Source: Spirochaetaceae bacterium (GTDB lineage Bacteria > Spirochaetota > Spirochaetia > Treponematales > Breznakiellaceae). From it: a DNA stretch of 32,910 bases. The DNA lies in NCBI GenBank assembly GCA_031257995.1, contig JAIRNN010000028.1, positions 1 through 32,910 of the forward strand. Reading direction: 5' to 3'. A model generated the notes under the pieces. It was not told the origin of the DNA and did no database searches. It worked only from the letters and a program-made list of their open reading frames with translations. Both the position numbers and the translations under genes were made by a program. This document shows, in pieces, positions 1 through 9,425 of the stretch (position 1 is its first letter; every line of letters begins with the position of its first letter).

Positions 1-107
1 CTGGATATGTTTGAAAACATTCATCGAATCGCTGCTCTTTGTGCCAATTCTAAAAGAAAACGGCTCCCGGCACTTTACAGGCTCCTTGTCCCTAAGTAAA
101 CGCATAT

Positions 108-187
108 GGGGAAGCCTCCCCCTCGCTCCAGCCCTACGGGCTTACGCTACCCCCTCTGCGGGGCGCTGCCACCCCCGCAACGCCCCC
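108..187 (-). repeat. GC-rich composite hairpin element, family R, copy a (reverse orientation)
   Basis: Reverse complement reads GGGGGCGTTGCGGGGG...CTGGAGCGAGGGGGAGGCTTCCCC. The same 5' and 3' modules occur at 1973-2080, 21762-21889, 24973-25095 and 26124-26198. Confidence 0.8.
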
Positions 188-189
188 GG

Positions 190-372
190 CATAAATCACG
201 GACCTTAATCACAAGGAACCGCAGATGAGACGGATGCACGCAGATTTTCATCCCATGCACCGCCAATCTGTGAAATCTGTAACGCCATCTATGGCGCAAT
301 CTGTGGACCAATTTATCTGTGTCCATCTGCATAATCAGCGTTCATCTGTGGTTTTTTGTGGGCCGTGATTAA
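190..372. repeat. Family D cluster A: degenerate ~10-nt CRCRGAT(TAA) motifs, forward copies then inverted copies
   Basis: AATCACGG, CCGCAGATGA, ACGGATGC, CGCAGATTT are followed by AATCTGTGA, AATCTGTAA, AATCTGTGG, TTATCTGTG, CCATCTGC, TCATCTGTGG, CCGTGATTAA. Confidence 0.7.
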
Positions 373-375
373 TGC

Positions 376-405
376 GGGGCGTTGCGGGGACCTCCCAGAG
401 CCCCA
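376..405 (+). repeat. Partial family R 5' module
   Basis: GGGGCGTTGCGGGGACCTCCCAGAGCCCC resembles GGGGGCGTTGCGGGGGTGTCCCCCGCAGAGGGGG. It is inverted relative to copy a, so the two bracket cluster A. Confidence 0.6.
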
Positions 406-543
406 TTGCATTTATTTATGGTGAAACATTCATTGAGGCCCGCACCGTGTTGCGGAAATGCCAAAACGCGCTCAACGTTTCTCGCGAGGCATTGGGTGTC
501 CCCCACCTGATCATTATCCATTCGCGCAACGCGCGCCTCCCGC

Positions 544-573
544 TTGACACTTTTTTTTCTTTTGGGGTATAAT
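544..573 (+). promoter_or_regulatory. Sigma70-like promoter for the 601-918 ORF
   Basis: TTGACA 544-549, 18-nt spacer, TATAAT 568-573. GGAGG 592-596 precedes the ATG at 601. Confidence 0.6.
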
Positions 574-600
574 ATGTCTTTATATGCCAATGGAGGATGT

Positions 601-918
601 ATGACGTTTAGTGAGCGGATGAAGAGCGTTTTTGAGCAGGGGGTTGAGGCGTCGAAGGATATTGCCGCGAAGGCGGGGGCCAAGGCGCAGGATCTGGGCG
701 AGAAGGGTGTGCTTAAACTTGAGATTCACCAGCTTGAGGGGCAGGCGAAGAAGTGGGTGGAACGTTTGGGCGCGGAAGTGTGCCGGCTGTTTGTTGAACA
801 GGGCCAGGAGTCGGTGTCTGCGGACGATCCGGTGATCAAGGGGATGCTGGGCGAGATTGCCGCCGCGCGGGACGCTATCGAGCGGAAAGAAGCGGCGCTT
901 GCCGGAAAAACCGGGTGA
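601..918 (+). CDS. Hypothetical small coiled-coil protein (105 aa)
   Basis: ATG 601 lies 4 nt after GGAGG. Translation MTFSERMKSVFEQGVEASKDIAAKAG... is K/E/A-rich with helical heptad character. No family recognised. The longer ORF-track start at 544 lies inside the promoter. Confidence 0.65.
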   Translation: MTFSERMKSVFEQGVEASKDIAAKAGAKAQDLGEKGVLKLEIHQLEGQAKKWVERLGAEVCRLFVEQGQESVSADDPVIKGMLGEIAAARDAIERKEAALAGKTG

Positions 919-942
919 AAAAGCCTCTTTTCGCGTACCCGC

Positions 943-971
943 TTGACAAAATTTTTAACTGGTTGTAAAAT
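943..971 (+). promoter_or_regulatory. Sigma70-like promoter upstream of rpsL
   Basis: TTGACA 943-948, 17-nt spacer, TAAAAT 966-971. Confidence 0.55.
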
Positions 972-1042
972 AGTTCACCTTGTTAATCGCTTGTTGTTTT
1001 GGGGCGGTTGACACGGCAGGTTTTAAGGAGTATTGTTGTTAT

Positions 1043-1417
1043 ATGCCAACTATTAACCAATTGGTTCGTTTTGGGCGGAAGCAGGTGGCTGATAAGACGA
1101 AGTCGCCGGCGCTTCAGTCCTGTCCGCAGAAGCGCGGTGTTTGCACTCGTGTGATGACGCAGACACCTAAGAAGCCGAACTCGGCGTTGCGGAAGATTGC
1201 CCGTGTGCGGCTTTCTCACGGCACCGAGGTTACCGCGTATATACCCGGTATCGGTCATAACTTGCAGGAACACTCGGTGGTGCTCGTGCGGGGCGGCCGG
1301 GTGAAGGATCTGCCCGGTGTGCGGTATCATATCATCCGGGGGGCGAAGGATACGCTGGGCGTTGAGGACAGGAAGCGGAGCCGTTCCAAGTACGGCGCGA
1401 AGCGGCCTAAGGCATAG
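1043..1417 (+). CDS. rpsL: 30S ribosomal protein S12
   Basis: [13 protein letters not shown]...[10 protein letters not shown]...[25 protein letters not shown] lies upstream of the ATG at 1043. Confidence 0.97.
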   Translation: MPTINQLVRFGRKQVADKTKSPALQSCPQKRGVCTRVMTQTPKKPNSALRKIARVRLSHGTEVTAYIPGIGHNLQEHSVVLVRGGRVKDLPGVRYHIIRGAKDTLGVEDRKRSRSKYGAKRPKA

Positions 1418-1429
1418 GCGGGAAAGAGA

Positions 1430-1903
1430 ATGGGCAGAAAGAAAAAAACGATTAATCGGCCGATTGCGCCGGATCCCAAATACAACAGCGTGGTTGTGTC
1501 AAAGTTTGTCAACCGGATGATGTGGGAGGGTAAGCGTTCGGTGAGTATGGGTATCATCTACGAGGCTTTTGACGGTATTAAAAAGAAGGATGCCGAGAAG
1601 GAACCGCTTGAAGTGTTTTTGAAGGCGCTGGACAATGTGAAACCCGTGATCGAGGTTAAGTCCCGGCGTGTCGGCGGCGCGACTTATCAGGTGCCGATCG
1701 AGATTCGGGAGTCGCGGCGGGAGGCGCTTTCGATGCGCTGGCTTATCAACGCGGCGCGTTCCCGGTCGGGTAAGAGTATGGGCGAACGGCTCGCCTCGGA
1801 GTTGCTTGAAGCGTACAATAATACGGGCAGCGCTTACAAGAAGAAGGAAGATACCCACCGGATGGCGGAGGCGAACAAGGCGTTTGCCCATTACCGGTGG
1901 TAG
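1430..1903 (+). CDS. rpsG: 30S ribosomal protein S7
   Basis: MGRKKK...PDPKYNS...[20 protein letters not shown]...NKAFAHYRW. Confidence 0.97.
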   Translation: MGRKKKTINRPIAPDPKYNSVVVSKFVNRMMWEGKRSVSMGIIYEAFDGIKKKDAEKEPLEVFLKALDNVKPVIEVKSRRVGGATYQVPIEIRESRREALSMRWLINAARSRSGKSMGERLASELLEAYNNTGSAYKKKEDTHRMAEANKAFAHYRW

Positions 1904-1972
1904 GTTTCGGGCGGCCGCCTGACCTTGCGTTTGTGCGGGGCGCCGGCGGGATGTCCTTGACGCTTTCGAGGA

Positions 1973-2080
1973 GGGGGCGTTGCGGGGGTGTCCCCCGCTG
2001 AGAGCGCTGGAAGACGCGCTTGCAAAGCAAGCATAGGCTGGAGGCGGGGGTTCGGCAACGAAGCAGCCGCGGCTTCCCCC
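1973..2080 (+). repeat. Family R element, copy b, in the rpsG-tuf spacer
   Basis: GGGGGCGTTGCGGGGGTGTCCCCCGC...GCTTGCAAAGCAAGCAT...CTGGAGGCGGGGGTTCGGCAA...GGCTTCCCCC. Flanked by inverted AGGAGGGGG / CCCCCTCCT. Confidence 0.8.
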
Positions 2081-2110
2081 TCCTAAGGAAGCGCTGATTT
2101 ATTCAATGCG

Positions 2111-2256
2111 GTATTTGCGCGGTGAAACGAGCAAATACATAGGGCAGCGCGATTGCCAACGCAAGCTGACGTTAGCCAGCGGCTGATAGTAATCAGCTAG
2201 TGGCACGGTGTCAAGTTAATCAGCTGCCCTAAAGGGACGGCGAAAAAAAAACCGTG
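2111..2256 (+). other. Hairpin-rich non-coding segment between family R copy b and the tuf promoter
   Basis: GTATTTGC-N12-GCAAATAC (2111-2138). AGGGCAGC ... GCTGCCCT encloses GCTGAT-AGTA-ATCAGC. Ends CCGTGTTTT. Confidence 0.4.
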
Positions 2257-2270
2257 TTTTGAGCCCCTAC

Positions 2271-2299
2271 TTGGCAAAATTTGTGGAGTGTGCTATAAT
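2271..2299 (+). promoter_or_regulatory. Sigma70-like promoter for tuf and the S10 cluster
   Basis: TTGGCA 2271-2276, 17-nt spacer, TGcTATAAT with TATAAT at 2294-2299. Confidence 0.6.
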
Positions 2300-2340
2300 T
2301 AGCACTCCCTAAAAGGATATTGAAGGATAAGGAGAATTAT

Positions 2341-3531
2341 ATGGCAAAGGATAAGTTTAATCGGACCAAGACCCACATGAACGTTGGGACAATTGGTCAC
2401 GTTGACCACGGGAAGACGACGCTTTCTGCGGCCATCACTATGTACTGCGCGGCGAAGTTCGGCGACAAGGTGATGAAGTATGAGGATATTGATAACGCGC
2501 CGGAGGAAAAGGCTCGCGGTATCACGATCAATACCCGGCACCTCGAGTATCAGTCGGATAAGCGCCACTACGCGCATATCGACTGCCCGGGGCATGCGGA
2601 CTATATTAAGAATATGATCACCGGGGCGGCTCAGATGGACGGAGCGGTCCTTGTCGTGTCGGCGCCGGATTCCGTCATGCCTCAGACACGCGAGCATATC
2701 ATTCTCGCCCGGCAGGTCGGTGTTCCAAGCATGATTGTCTTCCTTAATAAGGTTGACCTTGTGGACGATCCTGAATTGCTTGAGATCGTTGAGGAAGAGG
2801 TGAAGGACGTGCTCACCGCCAACGGGTTCCCCGGCGATGAGATTCCGATCATCAAGGGTTCCGCTTTTGACGCGATGTCCGATCCGACCAATCCCGAGGC
2901 GACGGCTTGTGTCGAGGAGCTGTTGCAGGCGATGGACAGTTATTTCCCTGATCCTGTTCGCGATGACGACAAGCCTTTCTCCATGCCGATTGAGGATGTG
3001 TTTACGATTCCTGGGCGCGGCACCGTCGTTACCGGCAAGGTTGAGCGCGGCAAGCTCAAGCTCGGCGAGGAAATCGAGATCGTCGGTATTCGGCCGACGC
3101 AAAAGACGGTCGTTACCGGTATCGAAATGTTCAATAAACTGCTTGACGACGCGCAGGCCGGTGATAACATCGGGGCGTTGTTGCGCGGTATTGAGAAGAA
3201 GGGTGTCGAGCGCGGGCAGGTTCTTGCCAAGCCCGGTTCGATCAAGCCGCATACCAAGTTCAAGGGGCAGATTTACTGCCTTTCGAAGGAAGAGGGCGGA
3301 CGCCACAGTCCGTTCTTCGCGGGGTATCGTCCGCAGTTCTATTTCAGAACGACGGACATCACCGGAACGGTCAGTCTGCCCGAGGGCAGGGAAATGGTTA
3401 TGCCCGGCGATAACACCGAGATTTTGGGCGAGCTGATTCACCCGATCGCTATGGAGAAGGGTTTGCGTTTCGCTATCCGTGAGGGCGGCAGGACGGTCGC
3501 GTCTGGACAGGTGACGGAAATTATCGAATAG
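2341..3531 (+). CDS. tuf: Elongation factor Tu
   Basis: [28 protein letters not shown]...DCPGHADY...NKVDLV. AAGGAG precedes the ATG at 2341. Confidence 0.98.
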   Translation: MAKDKFNRTKTHMNVGTIGHVDHGKTTLSAAITMYCAAKFGDKVMKYEDIDNAPEEKARGITINTRHLEYQSDKRHYAHIDCPGHADYIKNMITGAAQMDGAVLVVSAPDSVMPQTREHIILARQVGVPSMIVFLNKVDLVDDPELLEIVEEEVKDVLTANGFPGDEIPIIKGSAFDAMSDPTNPEATACVEELLQAMDSYFPDPVRDDDKPFSMPIEDVFTIPGRGTVVTGKVERGKLKLGEEIEIVGIRPTQKTVVTGIEMFNKLLDDAQAGDNIGALLRGIEKKGVERGQVLAKPGSIKPHTKFKGQIYCLSKEEGGRHSPFFAGYRPQFYFRTTDITGTVSLPEGREMVMPGDNTEILGELIHPIAMEKGLRFAIREGGRTVASGQVTEIIE

Positions 3532-3543
3532 CATAGGCGGTGG

Positions 3544-3855
3544 ATGATGGCTAAGGAAAGGATTCGCGTTCGGTTGCGCGGTTTTGACATTGAGTTGATT
3601 GACCAGAGCGCGAAGTCTATTGTCGGCGCGGTGACGAAAGCCGGGGCGAAAGTAACCGGGCCCATCCCGTTGCCGACACGGATCAATAAGGTGACGGTGC
3701 TTCGCTCGCCGCACGTGAACAAGAAGTCGCGTGAGCAGTTTGAGATGCGGACGCATAAGCGGCTCATTGATATTCTGGATCCGACGCCGGACGTGATGGA
3801 CAGCTTGATGAAGCTTGAGTTGCCCGCCGGTGTTGACGTGGAGATTAAGCAGTAG
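3544..3855 (+). CDS. rpsJ: 30S ribosomal protein S10
   Basis: [11 protein letters not shown]...GPIPLPT...[26 protein letters not shown]. Confidence 0.97.
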   Translation: MMAKERIRVRLRGFDIELIDQSAKSIVGAVTKAGAKVTGPIPLPTRINKVTVLRSPHVNKKSREQFEMRTHKRLIDILDPTPDVMDSLMKLELPAGVDVEIKQ

Positions 3856-3909
3856 GAGCGGGTGAACGCGGTTCGTGTTTTGACAATCACGCTGTATGTG
3901 GAGTTTATG

Positions 3910-4545
3910 ATGTTGGGGCTGATGGCCAGAAAAGTGGGGATGACGCAGGTTTTTACCGAAGAAGGTAATTTGGTGGCGGTTACCGTGTTGAGCGTGGAAC
4001 CAAACCTCGTCGTTTCGAAGAGAGTTGAAGAGAAAAACGGGTACTCAGCCCTTGTCATGGGGATTGGCGATTTCCGGAAGGATCGCGCGGGAAAAGTGCG
4101 GGTATCCAAGCTGTATGCTGGGCAGTTTGCCGAGGGGATTACTCCCAAGCGTAAAATCCGCGAATTTCGTGATTTTGAGAAGGACGTGAATGTCGGCGAT
4201 TCGGTCGGGGTTGAGATTTTTGAAGATGTCCGTTATGTTGACGTGACGGCGGTTTCAAAAGGCAAGGGTTTTCAGGGCGTTATGAAGCGCTGGGGGTTCG
4301 GAGGCGGACGGGGAACGCATGGTTCAAAGTTTCACCGCGAGCCCGGCTCAACAGGGCAGTCAACGTACCCGCACAAGACGTTCAAGAATGTCAAGTTGCC
4401 GGGGCGTATGGGGCGTGAGCGGGTAACGACCCTTTCGCAGCGGTTGCTGAAAATTGATGCGGAGCATAAACAGCTCCTCATTCAGGGAAGTGTGCCCGGT
4501 GTGAAGGAGGGCCTTGTGCTGGTACGCAAGGCCGTTAAACGGTAG
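3910..4545 (+). CDS. rplC: 50S ribosomal protein L3
   Basis: MLGLMARKVGMTQVF...GKGFQGVMKRWGF.GG. GGAG at 3900-3903. Start could be 3907 or 3910. Confidence 0.95.
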   Translation: MLGLMARKVGMTQVFTEEGNLVAVTVLSVEPNLVVSKRVEEKNGYSALVMGIGDFRKDRAGKVRVSKLYAGQFAEGITPKRKIREFRDFEKDVNVGDSVGVEIFEDVRYVDVTAVSKGKGFQGVMKRWGFGGGRGTHGSKFHREPGSTGQSTYPHKTFKNVKLPGRMGRERVTTLSQRLLKIDAEHKQLLIQGSVPGVKEGLVLVRKAVKR

Positions 4546-4562
4546 CCGGGGTTGGTTTGATT

Positions 4563-5192
4563 ATGAAGACGAAAGTGTATACAAAAGAAGGCGCCGAAAA
4601 AGGCGACATAGAACTCGCCGACTGTGTGTTCGGCTTGCCGTACAACGAAGCGCTTGTATGGCAGGCCGTCAACAACGAGTTGGCCAACCGGCGCCTTGGT
4701 ACGGCGAATGCGCTTGACCGGGGCGAGGTTCACGGATCAAACGCGAAGCCTTACCGTCAGAAAGGTACGGGCCGCGCCCGTCGCGGCGATAAAAAATCCC
4801 CCATTCTGGTTGGCGGGGGTGTTGTTTTTGGACCGAAACCGCGTGATTTTTCGTATTCGTTGCCCAAAAAACTGAAACAACGGGCATTAAAAACGATTCT
4901 GAGTCTGAAAGTAAGCAGCGAGACCTTAAAGGTCATCGAAGATTTTACGGTTGAATCGGGAAAGACCAAGGATTTGGCAAAAATTTTGGAAAAGTTCGCG
5001 GGCCGTGAGCGGACGACGATCATTTTGAAAGACGGGGACGCGCTGATTAAGCGGGCAGGGGCCAATATTCCCTATGTGCATTTTCTTTCGTATAACAGAC
5101 TGCGCGCGCACGATCTTTTTTACAGCCGAAACGTGTTGCTCCTTGAAGGCGCGGCGCAAGAACTCAACAACTTTTACGGGGGAGCGCAATGA
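4563..5192 (+). CDS. rplD: 50S ribosomal protein L4
   Basis: ...YRQKGTGRARRGD.KSPI.VGGGVVFGPKPRDF. ATG at 4563 (the ORF track uses TTG 4557). Confidence 0.95.
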   Translation: MKTKVYTKEGAEKGDIELADCVFGLPYNEALVWQAVNNELANRRLGTANALDRGEVHGSNAKPYRQKGTGRARRGDKKSPILVGGGVVFGPKPRDFSYSLPKKLKQRALKTILSLKVSSETLKVIEDFTVESGKTKDLAKILEKFAGRERTTIILKDGDALIKRAGANIPYVHFLSYNRLRAHDLFYSRNVLLLEGAAQELNNFYGGAQ

Positions 5193-5476
5193 TCAGTATC
5201 GACAAGGTTTTTATCGCTCCCGTACTCTCGGAAAAGACGAACCGTCTGCGCGAGAAGGGGAAGTACGTTTTCCGCGTGGATCCGAGGGCGACAAAACGTG
5301 ACATCAAAGAGGCGTGCAGGCGGCTTTGGAATGTGCATCCTGAGTCCTGCGCGGTGTGCAACGTTGCGCCGAAACCGAAGAAGCAACGTTATAAGAAAGG
5401 GTATACAAGCGCGTGGAAGAAGGCAATTGTTAAACTGCCCGAAGGCGAAAAAATTGCCGTCTTCGAGGGCGTGTAA
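5189..5476 (+). CDS. rplW: 50S ribosomal protein L23
   Basis: VLSEKT...KYVFRVDPRATKRDIKEA...WKKAIVKL. Overlaps the rplD stop. Confidence 0.95.
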   Translation: MISIDKVFIAPVLSEKTNRLREKGKYVFRVDPRATKRDIKEACRRLWNVHPESCAVCNVAPKPKKQRYKKGYTSAWKKAIVKLPEGEKIAVFEGV

Positions 5477-5486
5477 GGATAGATGA

Positions 5487-6308
5487 ATGGGTATTAAGAC
5501 GTATAAACCGACATCAAACGGCATGAGGCAGCTCATTCGTCTCGATAACACCGGGTTGTCGGACGTAAAACCTGAAAAGTCGCTGACCTCCGGCAAGAAA
5601 CGGGGGTCGGGCCGCGATTCAAACGGCCGCATTTCCGTGTGGCACAAGGGCGGCGGACACAAACGGCGGTATCGCGATATTGATTTCAGGCGGGACAAGA
5701 CGGATATTCCCGGTACGGTCAAGTCGATTGAATATGACCCGAACCGGAGCGCCAACATCGCGCTGGTGGCTTATGCCGACGGCGAAAAGCGGTACATCGT
5801 TGCGCCGCGTGAGCTCAAGGTCGGGCAGAAAGTCGTTTCCGGTTCAAAATCGCCGATTGAGACGGGGAATTGTCTGCCACTTGAGGATGTTCCGCTGGGC
5901 TTCACCGTTCACAACATCGAGTTGTCGAAAGGAAAAGGGGCGCAGCTTGCCCGGTCGGCGGGAACAAGCGCCCTGCTCGTGGCGAAAGACGGCGATTATG
6001 TTACCGTGAAGCTCCCTTCGGGCGAGACGCGTATGGTGTTCAAGAAGTGTACGGCGGTCATCGGCCTTGTCGGGAACGAGGATCACATGAACACGACGCT
6101 CGGCAAAGCGGGGAGAAAACGGTGGCTCGGTATCCGTCCGACGGTGCGCGGTATGGTTATGAATCCGGTCGATCACCCGCACGGCGGCGGCGAGGGTAAG
6201 AACAAGGGTATTCATCCGGTTACCCCGTGGGGGCAGCCGACGAAGGGTTACAAGACCCGCAACAAACGAAAAACATCGTCCCGCTTTATCGTAAGCAGGA
6301 AGAAATAG
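5487..6308 (+). CDS. rplB: 50S ribosomal protein L2
   Basis: [12 protein letters not shown]...[13 protein letters not shown]...[14 protein letters not shown]. Confidence 0.97.
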   Translation: MGIKTYKPTSNGMRQLIRLDNTGLSDVKPEKSLTSGKKRGSGRDSNGRISVWHKGGGHKRRYRDIDFRRDKTDIPGTVKSIEYDPNRSANIALVAYADGEKRYIVAPRELKVGQKVVSGSKSPIETGNCLPLEDVPLGFTVHNIELSKGKGAQLARSAGTSALLVAKDGDYVTVKLPSGETRMVFKKCTAVIGLVGNEDHMNTTLGKAGRKRWLGIRPTVRGMVMNPVDHPHGGGEGKNKGIHPVTPWGQPTKGYKTRNKRKTSSRFIVSRKK

Positions 6309-6319
6309 GCAGGTAGGAA

Positions 6320-6598
6320 GTGTCGAGGTCGGTAAAGAAAGGGCCTTTCATCGAAAAGTCCCTCTATAAGAAGGTTCTCAAACTGGGAAAAACGAATGAG
6401 CGAAAGATGTTGAAGACATACTCCCGTTGTTCGACGATTATTCCGGAGATGGTTGGCATCACAATTTCCGTTTATAATGGAAAGATATGGGTTCCCGTAT
6501 ACATAACCGAGAACCTCGTCGGCCACAAGCTGGGCGAGTTTGCCCCAACGCGGTTTTTCCGCTCTCACGGCGGGTCGGATAAGAAGGCGGGTAAGTGA
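6320..6598 (+). CDS. rpsS: 30S ribosomal protein S19
   Basis: GTG start. [11 protein letters not shown]...[28 protein letters not shown]. Confidence 0.96.
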   Translation: MSRSVKKGPFIEKSLYKKVLKLGKTNERKMLKTYSRCSTIIPEMVGITISVYNGKIWVPVYITENLVGHKLGEFAPTRFFRSHGGSDKKAGK

Positions 6599-6945
6599 TG
6601 GCAGGTTACATAGCAAAGAGTAAGTTTATCCTCGTGTCGCCGCACAAGATTCGTCCGGTCGCGGATTTGATTCGGGGTAAATTGTACACGGATGCGGTAA
6701 CGCTGTTGAGCAATATGCCGCACAAGGGGGCGAAGCTCATCGGCAAGACGCTGAAATCGGCGGGGGCAAACGCGCTGACCCGCAACAAGCAGCTTGACGA
6801 GAGTATGCTGTTCGTGAAAACGATCATGGTTGATGACGGCCCGCGTATGAAGCGGATATGGTATCGTGCCCGGGGTCGGGCGGATATGCTTTTGAAACGT
6901 ATGAGTCACATCACGGTTATTGTTGATGAAATAGGTAGGAGTTAA
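6595..6945 (+). CDS. rplV: 50S ribosomal protein L22
   Basis: [16 protein letters not shown]...VDDGP.MKRI..RARGRA....R.SHITV. Confidence 0.95.
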   Translation: MMAGYIAKSKFILVSPHKIRPVADLIRGKLYTDAVTLLSNMPHKGAKLIGKTLKSAGANALTRNKQLDESMLFVKTIMVDDGPRMKRIWYRARGRADMLLKRMSHITVIVDEIGRS

Positions 6946-6950
6946 GAATA

Positions 6951-7676
6951 GTGGGACAGAAGGTAAACCCGAACGGCTTTCGGTTAGGCATCAATAGAAC
7001 ATGGGGTTCGCGCTGGTATGTTGACCCGCGTGAATACGCCAACACGTTGCATGAGGATCTCAAGTTGCGGAGGCTCGTGATGGGTATGTCCGAAACGAAG
7101 GGCGCGGACATCGCCGAGTTGGAGATTATCCGTCATCCGCAGCGGATCACGATTGTGATTCATACGGCCCGCCCTGGCGTTATCATTGGTGTCAAGGGTG
7201 CGACGATTGAGAAGATCGGTCTTGAGTTACAGAAGCAGGTAACCAAGAAGGTGCAGCTCAAGATTAAGGAAGTGCGTAACGCCGATAACAACGCGTCGAT
7301 TGTCGCGCAGAATGTTGCCCGGCAGCTTCTTGCCCGCGGGTCGTTCCGCAGGACGATGAAGCAGACGATCGGGAATGTTATCAAGAAGGGGAACGCCCAG
7401 GGCGTGAAGGTGAGGCTCTCCGGGCGTCTGGGCGGCGCGGAAATGTCCCGTACCGAGGAAGCAAAAGAGGGGCGTGTGCCGCTTCACACTTTGCGCGCGG
7501 ATATTGACTATGGGTTTGCTGAGGCGCATACGACGTTTGGGTCAATCGGTGTCAAGGTTTGGATATATAACGGAATGAAATACGGCAAGGAGCGGAAGGA
7601 AGACGCGGGCGCGGTTGTAAAGAAACGCCGCGAGAAGCCTTCGCCCAAAGCTGTGGAAGAGGAGCAAAATGCTTAG
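6951..7676 (+). CDS. rpsC: 30S ribosomal protein S3 (with a basic C-terminal tail)
   Basis: GTG start. [14 protein letters not shown]...[10 protein letters not shown]...[11 protein letters not shown]...[15 protein letters not shown]. Confidence 0.96.
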   Translation: MGQKVNPNGFRLGINRTWGSRWYVDPREYANTLHEDLKLRRLVMGMSETKGADIAELEIIRHPQRITIVIHTARPGVIIGVKGATIEKIGLELQKQVTKKVQLKIKEVRNADNNASIVAQNVARQLLARGSFRRTMKQTIGNVIKKGNAQGVKVRLSGRLGGAEMSRTEEAKEGRVPLHTLRADIDYGFAEAHTTFGSIGVKVWIYNGMKYGKERKEDAGAVVKKRREKPSPKAVEEEQNA

Positions 7677-8094
7677 CCCCAAGAGAGTTAAACACAGAAA
7701 AATACAGCGCGGGAATATGCCCGGCAACGCGACACGGTGTAATACGATCGCGTTTGGTGACTACGGGTTGGTTGCTCTTGACCGGATGTGGATAACGAAC
7801 CGCCAGTTGGAAGCGGCTCGTGTCGCGCTGAACAGAAAGTTGAAACGGGGCGGCAAGGTGTGGATCCGTGTTTTTCCGGACAAACCCTACACCAAGAAGC
7901 CGGCGGATACCCGCATGGGCAAGGGTAAGGGCGCGCCTGAATACTGGGTCGCCGTCGTGAAGCCGGGGACGGTTATGTTTGAGATTGGGGGCGTTGACGC
8001 GAAACTCGCTCAGGCGGCGGTAACGCTTGCCGGCGCGAAACTTCCGATCAAGGTTAAATTTGTCGCGCGGGCGGACTTTGAGCTTGGCGATTAG
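7669..8094 (+). CDS. rplP: 50S ribosomal protein L16
   Basis: [14 protein letters not shown]...[32 protein letters not shown]. Confidence 0.96.
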   Translation: MLSPKRVKHRKIQRGNMPGNATRCNTIAFGDYGLVALDRMWITNRQLEAARVALNRKLKRGGKVWIRVFPDKPYTKKPADTRMGKGKGAPEYWVAVVKPGTVMFEIGGVDAKLAQAAVTLAGAKLPIKVKFVARADFELGD

Positions 8095-8159
8095 CGCGAA
8101 GCGTTTCTGTTTGAGAAATGGCTTGGGGCCAATAAATTATGTTTTAAGGGGTTTTGGTT

Positions 8160-8351
8160 ATGCCGGGTACAGAGAATTTACAAGAAAAAATGGAAAGCCT
8201 TGGAATCGTTGCCATGGAAACCAATGGGCGGCTTACTGAGAATATCGCGTGGGCGGCGATTAGGGCGATTGAGGAAATGGATGCCGAAGTGGACGCAGGG
8301 GGGATGCCCGGATTATCGAGGAAACGCGGAGCAAGAAAAAACGTGATTTAG
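8160..8351 (+). CDS. Hypothetical 63-aa acidic protein inserted between rplP and rpmC
   Basis: ATG 8160 lies 9 nt after AAGGGG. MPGTENLQEKMESLGIVAMETNGRLTENIAWAAIRAIEEMDAEVD... No family recognised, and coding status is uncertain. Confidence 0.35.
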   Translation: MPGTENLQEKMESLGIVAMETNGRLTENIAWAAIRAIEEMDAEVDAGGMPGLSRKRGARKNVI

Positions 8352-8521
8352 AGGCGGTTATTGATGAACGGTAGTTCTCTTGGATACCGTTCCAGCGTTG
8401 ACCGGGCGGTGAGTGTTTTTCGGCCTGTTTTGCGCGCGTTGCATATACGGGAACGGGAGAGGCATGGCACAGTGGTTGGGCGTTTATGTGCGTGAACCCT
8501 GAATGAGGATAGGATTGAGTG

Positions 8522-8716
8522 ATGAAAGACAGTTTTAAGAGTTTGAGCGCGGTGGAACTCAAGGTGAAAAAGGAAGAGCTCTCCAAGAAGTATATGGAGC
8601 ATCGCTTCCAGAGGGTTATCGGTCATGTGGAAAATCCGCTTGAATCGAGGATTTTGCGCCGGAAAATTGCCCGGCTGAATACGCTGATCGCGGCGAATGC
8701 GAGAAAAGCGAAGTAG
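8522..8716 (+). CDS. rpmC: 50S ribosomal protein L29
   Basis: MKDSFKSLSAVELKVKKEELSKKYMEHRFQ...ILRRKIARLNT. A GTG at 8519 is an alternative start. Confidence 0.93.
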   Translation: MKDSFKSLSAVELKVKKEELSKKYMEHRFQRVIGHVENPLESRILRRKIARLNTLIAANARKAK

Positions 8717-8725
8717 GGGTGTAGT

Positions 8726-9022
8726 GTGGCTGAAGAAATGACGGAAAAAAAGGCCGAGGCGCGGTCCGGAGCGCGGAAGACAAAGAAAGAGTTTGTCGGT
8801 ACGGTGAAGAGCGACAAGATGGACAGGACCGTTGTCGTTGCTATCGGGATTACGGCTCTCCACCCGCTGTATAAGAAGTATGTGCGCCGCGTGAAGACGG
8901 TCAAGGCGCATAATGCGGGGAACAAGGCGAAGGCCGGCGACAAGGTGCGTATCTTGGAGTGCCGTCCCGTAAGCAAAGAGAAGCACTGGAACGTGGTCGA
9001 AATTTTGGAAAGAGCGAAGTAG
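8726..9022 (+). CDS. rpsQ: 30S ribosomal protein S17 (N-terminally extended)
   Basis: ...KEFVGTVKSDKMDRTVVV...HPLYKKYVRR.K...AHN....A..GD.V.I.ECRP.SK.K.W. GTG start at 8726, or ATG at 8738. Confidence 0.93.
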   Translation: MAEEMTEKKAEARSGARKTKKEFVGTVKSDKMDRTVVVAIGITALHPLYKKYVRRVKTVKAHNAGNKAKAGDKVRILECRPVSKEKHWNVVEILERAK

Positions 9023-9039
9023 CGGGATAGGGTAGAAAG

Positions 9040-9408
9040 ATGGTTCAGGTTGAAACCTTTTTGAATGTCGCGGATAATTCAGGGGCCAAGCGGGTGCAGT
9101 GTATTCGGGTGCTTGGCGGTACGCGGCGGCGGTATGCCGGTATTGGCGATATTATTGTGGTTGCGGTGAAAAACGCGCTTCCGGCATCGGCGATTAAAAA
9201 GGGCACTGTGGAGAAAGCGGTTGTCGTGCGGCTTCACAAGGAATACCGGCGTCCTGACGGGACGTATATCCGGTTCGATGATAACGCCTGTGTGATTATC
9301 GACGCAAACAAGAATCCCAAGGGGAAGCGCATTTTCGGGCCGGTTGCCCGTGAATTGCGCGAAAAGGAATATATGAAGATCGTGTCCCTCGCCCCGGAAG
9401 TGTTGTAG
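9040..9408 (+). CDS. rplN: 50S ribosomal protein L14
   Basis: [26 protein letters not shown]...IRFDDNA.V.I......[14 protein letters not shown]. Confidence 0.97.
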   Translation: MVQVETFLNVADNSGAKRVQCIRVLGGTRRRYAGIGDIIVVAVKNALPASAIKKGTVEKAVVVRLHKEYRRPDGTYIRFDDNACVIIDANKNPKGKRIFGPVARELREKEYMKIVSLAPEVL

Positions 9409-9425
9409 GTGGAAACGCTTTTGCC

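Noticed and set aside
1-99. Open frame from the window edge to TAA at 97-99 (LDMFENIHRIAALCANSKRKRLPALYRLLVPK), a possible 3' end of an upstream gene
   Set aside because: At 32 codons with no recognisable similarity, it cannot be distinguished from chance at the window edge.
369-683. ORFs 369-683(-) and 372-572(+), and ORFs 11-208(+) and 147-332(-)
   Set aside because: They run through the family R and D repeats and the promoter region, lack SD sequences, and conflict with the better-supported 601-918 gene.
2141-2230. tRNA or other small RNA gene in the rpsG-tuf spacer, based on a 90-nt segment closed by an 8-bp stem
   Set aside because: No D-arm or T-arm (GTTCRANYC) features or cloverleaf spacing, so it is not a tRNA. 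I did not recognise SRP, 6S or tmRNA signatures. It is kept only as a generic structured region.
2299-3756. 485-aa ORF on the minus strand antisense to tuf and rpsJ. Many similar antisense or overlapping ORFs in the track fall in the same class, for example 10711-11589(-), 11977-12678(-), 12983-13753(-), 17005-17775(-), 18148-18900(-), 23886-24644(+) and 29244-29813(+).
   Set aside because: Each overlaps an unambiguous conserved gene on the other strand. Their translations are Arg/Pro/Leu-rich low-complexity sequence, typical of antisense frames in GC-rich coding DNA. None has an SD or a recognisable motif.
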